Shown in pieces: positions 56,888 through 64,000 of a stretch of 64,000 bases of DNA. The stretch is from Planctomycetota bacterium (GTDB lineage Bacteria; Planctomycetota; Brocadiia; JAADGH01): the NCBI GenBank assembly GCA_040755855.1, contig JBFMAD010000001.1:320001-384000 (forward strand). Reading direction: 5' to 3'. The position numbers and the translations under genes are program-made. Position 1 is the stretch's first letter. The number at the start of each line of letters is the position of its first letter. Below the pieces are notes generated by a model. That model saw only the letters and a list, made by a program, of their open reading frames with translations. It had not been told where the DNA came from and did no database searches.

Positions 56888-59200
56888 TTAGTACCTCGGC
56901 GCCTCGTAGCTGGCGGGGTTGCGCATGATCTCGGTGGTTCGCTTCCGAATCTCTTTCGCAATCTCGGACACTCGCGGGTCCTTCGCCATGGCCAGGCCCG
57001 CGCGCTGGCGGAGGCGCTTCGCCGCCACGCGGCAGTCGCCGACGAGATGGTCCTGATTGCCGCCCACCTCGACGAAGGCGGCGGTTATCTTCTTGCATCT
57101 TTCCAGCGCGTCGGCACCTTCATAGTCCATCACCTCCGCCCGGAACTTGTTGCAGAGATCGGCGACGTAGGCCGGGGTCTTGATCTTGTCCTTCTTTTCG
57201 GCATACTTCGCGTCAATATCGCGGGTGAGTCCCTCCATCTCCGCAATGACCTCCGCCAACTCGGGATGGGTCTTCTTCTGCCCGTCGAGGTATTTCAGCA
57301 TGTCATGCCCCCATGTCACATATTCCTCGATCCTGCCGCGAATATACGTGACGAAAATTACCACGTCCTGCAATGCCTTCTCGATCTCGGCCTTCTTTTG
57401 TTTCTGCTGTTTCTTCTCGTAGATCGGGTTGAGCGTGTCTCGGACCCCACACGTGGCGCGGCCCTTGTACGTAAGCTGCTGGGATTGCACATCCAGGATA
57501 TACTCGCAGGGACCGACGCCGAGCGTCTCGCGGATGATGTCCACCACGGTGAGCCTGTCCAGCGGCGTCTCTTTCACGCGATTGATGGGGTAGAGGACCG
57601 CCGGACCCACGAACGTGAGGGCCTCCTTGAGCGGCTGGAGGCGCCCCCGGCCGGACTTGTCCACCCAGCAGGGATACTCGAAGCGGCCGAGCACGCTGGT
57701 CCACTTCTTCCGGTCCGCCGGGATCGTGCTGGCCCCCCCAAACCAGCCGTGCTTGAGGAACTTCCCGTCGGGCAACTCCGCGATCATCTCCCAACTGTCG
57801 GTCAGGTCGTTGTCGCGGCGCCAGTCCACCCGCCACTGCGCGGGGAAGGGCATGGCCCAATCGAGTTGGATCACCTTGTTCTTGTCCTCCTTTGCGATGT
57901 TTCGCATGTGCCAGATGGCCGGCTCGTCGAGGAGGGCGACCCAGACCTTGCCGTCCTTGCCATAGTGGATGTCCGAGGCGAGGATTTGCCGCCCCTCCTT
58001 CTCTCCCGCGAGCAGGGCGCGAAAGTCCTTCTCCCGCGTGTTCGAGACGGCCATCGCAATGGCCTCGCCGCCGCCGAGCAGATGGAGCAGGAAGTTGTCG
58101 CCGGGGACTTCGACCTGCGACACGGGCAGTTCCTGCGCGTCCAGCACAATATCGTCCGCGAAGAAATCGGGCAGGACGGCGAAGCGGCACGGCGCTTCCA
58201 TGCGAAGGCCCTGGGTCTGGCCGAGCGGCGCTGTTTCCACAAACATCTGTCCGATCTTCAGGCTCACGCGCAGTCCCGTCCCCTTATTGTCCAGGGCCTT
58301 GACGGCTACTTCGCCCGGATTGTTCTCTGAGATCGAGATTGTCGAGAGAACCGTAGGCGGATCGGACGGCGGCGCCAGGAGTGCGCGGCGCGTCCAACCG
58401 CTCCGACCGGATGAATACAGCTCTGCGCCCGTTCCCTTTTTCCGGAGCACAACCGCTATCTTCCGGTTCGCAAACACCACGTCCCCCTTGAATTCGTGGG
58501 CCGTCGTGTCCTCGGGGATGGCGGTCCATCCCTCTCGCTTGGCAATCTCGCCGCCGGAGAGAGGGGAGGGCGAGGATTTGTTGGTATCAAAGAGCCGGAC
58601 GCCCTCCGCGGCGGCGTCTTCCTGCGCCTGTTTCTCGTATGGGACATACGCCCCTTCATACAACCGGAACATATCGGCCCGGAACTCGCAGTTGGGTTGG
58701 GCGCAGTTGATGTAGGCGAACCAGCCCTGGGGAAAATCCTTCTCCACCGTGAAGGTGACATGCATCTCCGTCCATTTGTCCTTCGCCAGCGTGTAAGGAT
58801 CGGTCCGCGCCGCCCTTTCGTGGGGCTTGGCGCGGCGCTCGATCTGCAGATCGGCCCGCACCGGTCCGCCTGTGCTCTTTGCGAGCACGGCGAACGTGTA
58901 GGTCTTGCCCTTTTCCCCGGCTTTTATGCCCTGGCCGAACTGCGCCCCCCATTCCTTCACCTGGCCGATGGCGATCTTCACGCTGTGTCGCCCCTCCGCT
59001 GCCTCGGCGTCGTCCACGCGGAAGTCGGCTTTGGTCCCTTCCGCCTTGGCAAGATACCAGCCATCCTGGCCCATCTCAAAGCCGGGATTGGCGAACCGGT
59101 TCTCCGCCGCCTGCCCGGATGCGTCGCGGGCCGTTGAGCCAAGAAGAAGGGCGGACAACGCCACGATCCAGATTGCCGGGTGGAACGATCTATGGAACAT
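56888..59200 (-). CDS. Secreted hypothetical protein: N-terminal CBM4/9-like domain plus unknown domain (paralog A)
   Basis: Signal peptide, NPGFE motif, then a region homologous to 59219-60919. Confidence 0.8.
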   Translation of the reverse strand: MFHRSFHPAIWIVALSALLLGSTARDASGQAAENRFANPGFEMGQDGWYLAKAEGTKADFRVDDAEAAEGRHSVKIAIGQVKEWGAQFGQGIKAGEKGKTYTFAVLAKSTGGPVRADLQIERRAKPHERAARTDPYTLAKDKWTEMHVTFTVEKDFPQGWFAYINCAQPNCEFRADMFRLYEGAYVPYEKQAQEDAAAEGVRLFDTNKSSPSPLSGGEIAKREGWTAIPEDTTAHEFKGDVVFANRKIAVVLRKKGTGAELYSSGRSGWTRRALLAPPSDPPTVLSTISISENNPGEVAVKALDNKGTGLRVSLKIGQMFVETAPLGQTQGLRMEAPCRFAVLPDFFADDIVLDAQELPVSQVEVPGDNFLLHLLGGGEAIAMAVSNTREKDFRALLAGEKEGRQILASDIHYGKDGKVWVALLDEPAIWHMRNIAKEDKNKVIQLDWAMPFPAQWRVDWRRDNDLTDSWEMIAELPDGKFLKHGWFGGASTIPADRKKWTSVLGRFEYPCWVDKSGRGRLQPLKEALTFVGPAVLYPINRVKETPLDRLTVVDIIRETLGVGPCEYILDVQSQQLTYKGRATCGVRDTLNPIYEKKQQKQKKAEIEKALQDVVIFVTYIRGRIEEYVTWGHDMLKYLDGQKKTHPELAEVIAEMEGLTRDIDAKYAEKKDKIKTPAYVADLCNKFRAEVMDYEGADALERCKKITAAFVEVGGNQDHLVGDCRVAAKRLRQRAGLAMAKDPRVSEIAKEIRKRTTEIMRNPASYEAPRY

Positions 59201-59218
59201 GAGGACCTCCTTTGCCTG

Positions 59219-60919
59219 TCACTTCGCCTTCAACATCTGCTCGACCCGACGGCGGACATCCTCAGCCAGGGGCGACGCCGGGACCATGCGGCATTCCTGC
59301 TTCATCCGTCGCACGGCCATGCGGCACTTGGCCAGCGTATTGTCCTGGACCGCGCCGATGCGCCGAAGCTGCTCGCCCAGTCCTCGGCAGTCTTCGAGAA
59401 AACCACCTTTGCCGAGGAGCGCGACGAGGTCGTCGGCGAGACGTTTTGCGGATTCTAAAGCGTTCTGATCGCTGCGACGCTGCGCTATATCCTTCTCCAT
59501 CTCCTGTGCGATTGCGCCGAGGCGGGCGGCGAGGCCGGTGTTATCCCCAGGTTTCTCTGGGGCTTTGCACATCGTCTGAATCTCTTGTGCGAGCCTTGCA
59601 TACTCCCCGATCCTCGCGTCCATGTGCTCTATGTGCTGCGTCATCTGCGCCAGCCGCTCCCTGATCTGATCGGCCATGCGCGCGGCGCGCTTCCGCTCGA
59701 CCTGCCGTTCGACCCATTCGGTCACCTGGGCGGGGGTGGGGGGCGCATCGCCGGCCACACCCTCCAATGCCAGGATGTACTGGCACGGCCCGACGCCCAG
59801 CGTGTTTCGCAGGATGTCAATCGGGCAGAACGCGCTGAGCGGGGTGGCGCGACTGCGGTCAATCGGATAGACCACAAGGCGCTCGGCCTCCTCCCCGCGC
59901 GAGGGCGGCAGGCAAACGATGGCGCGACCGCCGTCGAGCCGACAGGGATAGGGAATCTTGCCGTGGACCGGGGAGATAAAGTCGGCAATTTGCTCTTCCT
60001 CAAAGGCCCATGATTCGGCGACGCCGCTCCGCCGGACGAAATCGCCCCGCCATTTGGCGGCGAAGGGCGGCTGCCAGTCGAGGACGATGTCCGCTTGTGC
60101 GTCTTTCTCCGACAGCCCCCGGCTGTGCCAAATCTTTGGGCCTTCCAGGCAGGCGACCCATATCTTTTGGCCGCTCGCGCACTCGATCTGAGTGATGGCC
60201 GCCTTGCCGGCGAAATGCACGTCCGCGTTTTGCGCGTTGGACTGCCAGACGCACATGACGATTGCATCGCCGCCTTCGATAAGATTCAGGAAGAAGTTCT
60301 CGGCGGGAAGGCCGACGGTCCTGTCCCCAAGCGCCTCCGCGCCATACACTATGTCGTCCCCGAAGAAATCGGGGACAACGACATAGGCCGTTTCGCAGCG
60401 AAGGCCGAGCCGATCGGTTCCCTTGCCGGGCAGGACCTCCAACATCACATCGCCGGTGGTGAGGCGGAATGTCACGGAGGCCGCGTCCCCGTCCTGCGCC
60501 CCAAACGCAGCGTCAATCCCCATCGCGCTGCGGCTGTTCTCCTTGACGGCGGACGAAGAAAGACGGGGCGGAGGCGCCCCTTCGCGCCCACAGGGGGCGA
60601 CGACCACGCGGCGAACAAGGCCCTGCGCAACCCTTGAATAGACCTCGACGCCGGTCCCCGCCTTGCGAAGGACAACGGCGATCTTGTTGTTCAGGAAGAC
60701 GGCGTCGCCGGCGAAGGCGTGCGTTAGATCGCCCTCGGCGACCGGCTTCCACCCGGTCCCGGGGACGGGTCCGGTGACGGCTTCGGGCAGGGGGGCGACG
60801 GTGTCAAAGAGATAGGTGCAGGGATCGTCGGCCTGCTGCTGCGCCCCGGCAGGAAGCGATGGTATGGCGCAAAGCGCCAACGCGATCGGGATGATGCGGA
60901 ACGAGTCGGCAATCTTCAC
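59219..60919 (-). CDS. Secreted hypothetical protein (paralog B)
   Basis: GTG start after GGGAGG; signal peptide; shares blocks with paralog A. Confidence 0.78.
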   Translation of the reverse strand: MKIADSFRIIPIALALCAIPSLPAGAQQQADDPCTYLFDTVAPLPEAVTGPVPGTGWKPVAEGDLTHAFAGDAVFLNNKIAVVLRKAGTGVEVYSRVAQGLVRRVVVAPCGREGAPPPRLSSSAVKENSRSAMGIDAAFGAQDGDAASVTFRLTTGDVMLEVLPGKGTDRLGLRCETAYVVVPDFFGDDIVYGAEALGDRTVGLPAENFFLNLIEGGDAIVMCVWQSNAQNADVHFAGKAAITQIECASGQKIWVACLEGPKIWHSRGLSEKDAQADIVLDWQPPFAAKWRGDFVRRSGVAESWAFEEEQIADFISPVHGKIPYPCRLDGGRAIVCLPPSRGEEAERLVVYPIDRSRATPLSAFCPIDILRNTLGVGPCQYILALEGVAGDAPPTPAQVTEWVERQVERKRAARMADQIRERLAQMTQHIEHMDARIGEYARLAQEIQTMCKAPEKPGDNTGLAARLGAIAQEMEKDIAQRRSDQNALESAKRLADDLVALLGKGGFLEDCRGLGEQLRRIGAVQDNTLAKCRMAVRRMKQECRMVPASPLAEDVRRRVEQMLKAK

Positions 60920-60936
60920 AGGGTGGGCCTCCCTTC

Positions 60937-61773
60937 TCATCTCCAATCCGGGTACATGTCTGAACCGCCCTCCGTCAGCCGCCGAGGCGTCCCACCTTGC
61001 GCAGAGACCACATAGATCTCCCACGGGCCTTCCGGCGACATGCCCTGGCAGAACACCAGATTCTTGCCGTCGGGACTGTATCGTCCATAGTGCTGCACTC
61101 CGCCGAAGTATGTGATGAGGCGATTCTTCGTCCCGTCCGCGCTGATCGTGCAGAGGTGCGTCTCGGTTTCATAGACGAGACGTTTTCCGTCGGGAGACCA
61201 ATGCGGCTCGCAAGCCCCCTTCTCATCATAGACCTTGGTCGGCTTGCCGCCCTCGACCGGCGCGGTGAAAACGCCGTTGCCCGCGTCCCACCGGCACGCG
61301 AAGGCGATGGTCTTGCCGTCGGGACTCCAGGCGGGGCCGGAGCAATGCGGATAGTCATCCGGGCTGATCGTTTTCTCCGCGCCGGAGGCCAGATCGCGGG
61401 TGAGTATCTTCTCGTCGCGGCGGAGCGCGATGCTCTTTCCATCGGGGGACCATTCCGCCTGATCCCCATCGCAGATTCGTTCGGGTTTCGAGCCGTCCGC
61501 GTTCATTCGCCAGACACCCGGCTTTCCGCCGCGCGTTGATGTGAAGAGTATCTGCTTGCAGTCCGGGCTGAACGTCGGGTCCACGTCGTGGGCCTCGTCG
61601 TCTCCCTGGGTCAACTGCTTCATGTCGGAGGCGTCGGCGTTCATGATCCAGATGCGCCACGGCCCGGATCGGTCGCTGGAGAATAGAATGCGTCCGGCAT
61701 CAGCCGCTTGGACGGCGGACATGGCCGCAACAGCAACGAGCCCGCAAGAAATCAGGATGACCCATTTTCTCAT
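60937..61773 (-). CDS. TolB-like PD40 beta-propeller protein
   Basis: Signal peptide; repeated (W/F/Y)SPDG motifs, FSSDR. Confidence 0.9.
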   Translation of the reverse strand: MRKWVILISCGLVAVAAMSAVQAADAGRILFSSDRSGPWRIWIMNADASDMKQLTQGDDEAHDVDPTFSPDCKQILFTSTRGGKPGVWRMNADGSKPERICDGDQAEWSPDGKSIALRRDEKILTRDLASGAEKTISPDDYPHCSGPAWSPDGKTIAFACRWDAGNGVFTAPVEGGKPTKVYDEKGACEPHWSPDGKRLVYETETHLCTISADGTKNRLITYFGGVQHYGRYSPDGKNLVFCQGMSPEGPWEIYVVSAQGGTPRRLTEGGSDMYPDWR

Positions 61774-62951
61774 CGTTGTGTCGCCTCCTTACCTCCGGCG
61801 AAGCGGAGGAATTCAGGTTTTTCAAAAAGTTGCCTGGCCAACAGGGCGTATCCCTCCGCGAGGGGATGGCTCGCGTCGGCGTAGAGATCGCTCGGAAGCG
61901 CCAGAGGCGCATCGTGGGGGACTTGCCGTTCCTGAAGCCATGCGACGATTCCCTTTTTCATCTGATTGTATGTGGTCAGGCTGGCCTCGGTCAACATGTG
62001 TTCGTTGAACGGTCCCACGAGGACGAACACGTCGTTGCCCCGTCTTTTCAGGAGATCAACCGTCGCCCGGAACGAATACCATTGGAACGATGTGTCCAGG
62101 CCGACCCACGCCGGGCTGAACTCCGGTATGCCCTTATCCTTCCACGGCTTTGCGATGGTTTCGATGGGTTCGGTGGAGACGGGATCATCCGGCCCGGGCA
62201 GATGGAACGTGACGCATCGAAGGGGGTTGGCGTAGGGATGCTCAATCGTCCATCGGGGGATGTCATTATTATCGAAATAGGCCACGCGCAGGTGGTTGGT
62301 CCAGCCAAAAAACGGCGCATTCCGGCCGATTGCTATGCCGAGCCGCTGCGCGTACGGTTCGCGGTAGCATGGAATGCGCGGAAAGAACTGCGGCACGAGG
62401 CGGGGATGGTTGAACGTGAATTCCTTCTTCGTCTGCAGGTCGTGCTTATCCGATGTCATCCACAGCGGGTTGCAGTGAAGGAGGACCTTGCCGCCGGAGA
62501 TCGCCCGCCCGTAGTATCGGATCAGGCCGGAGAGCGCGGCGGGATGGATGCCGTCCACCCCAAGGTTGGCGAAGCGCGCCTCGCCCGCGATTTCGTTCAG
62601 AAAGTGCGAGATGGTCCGGTCGCTTGCAACATAGTGTCCCCAGACTACCGAGTCGCCGATGACGAGCGCCTTCCCCTCATCACACGCCCGCCGACACCAC
62701 TGCTCATAGAGCCAGTAGTCGTTGCCGAGCGAGTAGGGCAGCCGGTAGTCCGGACCGATTGGGGGACCTTCCGCCCGATGCCATAACGAGGGGGCGAGGC
62801 AGAAAACCAGCGCGACGACGACGAAAACGAAGATCCAATTGTAGCCCGTCAACCGGATATCGTTCGAGCCGAATTCGACCTCGGCTTTATCCCTTGGGGA
62901 GATTCCCTGTTGTCGTGACTCATCAACTTTTGGCGGCATATCTCTTCGCAA
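61770..62951 (-). CDS. Membrane-anchored SGNH-like hydrolase/acyltransferase
   Basis: One TM helix; VIGDS block I, NLGVDG block II, DASHP (DxxH) block V. Confidence 0.72.
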   Translation of the reverse strand: MRRDMPPKVDESRQQGISPRDKAEVEFGSNDIRLTGYNWIFVFVVVALVFCLAPSLWHRAEGPPIGPDYRLPYSLGNDYWLYEQWCRRACDEGKALVIGDSVVWGHYVASDRTISHFLNEIAGEARFANLGVDGIHPAALSGLIRYYGRAISGGKVLLHCNPLWMTSDKHDLQTKKEFTFNHPRLVPQFFPRIPCYREPYAQRLGIAIGRNAPFFGWTNHLRVAYFDNNDIPRWTIEHPYANPLRCVTFHLPGPDDPVSTEPIETIAKPWKDKGIPEFSPAWVGLDTSFQWYSFRATVDLLKRRGNDVFVLVGPFNEHMLTEASLTTYNQMKKGIVAWLQERQVPHDAPLALPSDLYADASHPLAEGYALLARQLFEKPEFLRFAGGKEATQR

Positions 62952-62954
62952 TAA

Positions 62955-64000
62955 TCAAAACTGGAAATAGATGAATGCCTGGGCGCCCGACTTGGCAAAG
63001 ATGGAGATATAGAGGATCATTGACGCAACGAGTCCGATGCGCACGGGCGCGAGCTGAAGCGTCCACCGGATTCGCGATTCATACAGAAATTGATATATCC
63101 AGACGGCAAAGATCAGAATCAAAGCCAGCACGGGACACGCAGGATCGGCCTGCTGACCGCCCGGCACGGTGAACATTCGCCAGACGATCAACCGCGCGTC
63201 GGCGAAACTGGCGGCCCGGAAGAAAATCCATGCAAAGGTCACGAATGCGAACACAAACATCTGCTTTGCAAACCTCGGCACGCGGTCGCGGTAAAACGCG
63301 GTCCGTTCGAGCTCGCGGGTGAGAATCCGCCCGAAGGCGTGCAGCCCGCCCCAGATCACGAATGTCCACGCGGCGCCGTGCCACAGGCCGGAGATCAGCA
63401 TGGTCAGGCACATGTTGACATAGGTGCGGACGGTCCCGCGCCGATTGCCGCCCAGCGGGATATAGACGTAGTCCTTGAACCATGTGCTCAGGCTGATGTG
63501 CCAGCGCTGCCAGAAATCGCCGAGGCTGTCGGCGAGGTAGGGATTGTTGAAGTTCAGCATCAGGCGGATGCCCATCACGCGCGCCACGCCGCGGGCCATG
63601 TCCGTGTAGCCGCTGAAGTCGAAGTAGAGCTGCCAGCCGAAGAAGAAAGTCGCCAGCATCAGCGCAGGGGAGGCGTATTCCCCCGGCGCGGCATAGACCT
63701 TGTCCACATAGAGGGAGAGGTAGTCGGCGAGGGCCACCTTTTTGAACAGGCCCACCACGAACAGGGACATGCCGTCGGTCACGTCCTGCCGGGTGATACG
63801 CGGCGCCGCGTGGAGCTGGGGCAGGATGTTGCGGGCCCGCTCGATCGGCCCGGACAGCAACTGCGGAAAGAGCGAGACGAACGCGGCATAGTGAATGAAG
63901 CTCGGCTCCTTCTCCACATGGCCGCGATAGTAGTCAATGGAGTAGGTCAGTGACTGAAAGATGAAAAACGACATGCCCACGGGCAGGAGCACATCCGGGG
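62955..64000 (-). CDS. MBOAT family O-acyltransferase (AlgI/DltB-like), 5' end outside the window
   Basis: LPVGMSFFIFQ, YFDFSGYTD, FWQRWHISLS and ISGLWHGA motifs. Confidence 0.93.
   Translation of the reverse strand, partial: PDVLLPVGMSFFIFQSLTYSIDYYRGHVEKEPSFIHYAAFVSLFPQLLSGPIERARNILPQLHAAPRITRQDVTDGMSLFVVGLFKKVALADYLSLYVDKVYAAPGEYASPALMLATFFFGWQLYFDFSGYTDMARGVARVMGIRLMLNFNNPYLADSLGDFWQRWHISLSTWFKDYVYIPLGGNRRGTVRTYVNMCLTMLISGLWHGAAWTFVIWGGLHAFGRILTRELERTAFYRDRVPRFAKQMFVFAFVTFAWIFFRAASFADARLIVWRMFTVPGGQQADPACPVLALILIFAVWIYQFLYESRIRWTLQLAPVRIGLVASMILYISIFAKSGAQAFIYFQF

Noticed and set aside
1..64000. tRNA, rRNA, transposase or prophage genes
   Set aside because: None recognised by eye; a tRNAscan/Infernal run would be needed to exclude small RNAs formally

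Overview
GC-rich bacterial chromosomal segment with about 55 intact-looking CDSs. The gene content (sulfatase, Tat and lipoprotein glycoside hydrolases, PPi-dependent phosphofructokinase, FHA and TPM proteins) suggests a Planctomycetota-like or similar uncultured heterotroph; this is inference only. It holds sugar-catabolism genes (GH38, GH2, GH5, GH172/DUF2961, two FGGY kinases, class II aldolase, cupin isomerase), housekeeping genes (galE-like, folK, deoxynucleoside kinase, ribBA, nifU-nifS), two cyclic-nucleotide cyclases and a B12 radical SAM enzyme. At the right end is an MBOAT-SGNH acylation operon carrying a pair of unknown paralogs. No rRNA, tRNA, CRISPR array, integrase or transposase was seen. 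The most unusual items are: (1) a cNMP-binding / degenerate acetate kinase / PduL triple fusion; (2) an accessory patch at 20.05-22.03 kb in which an ankyrin gene and a DUF4258/DUF2283 pair lie among inverted heptamer arrays and three palindrome families, with a related gene-free nested repeat mosaic at 26.33-26.57 kb; (3) two tandem sigma54 promoters ahead of small ORFs, a structured GGA-rich leader and usp-nifU-nifS; (4) the MBOAT-SGNH-TolB-paralog pair-FGE operon. All product calls come from motif recognition by eye, not from database searches.
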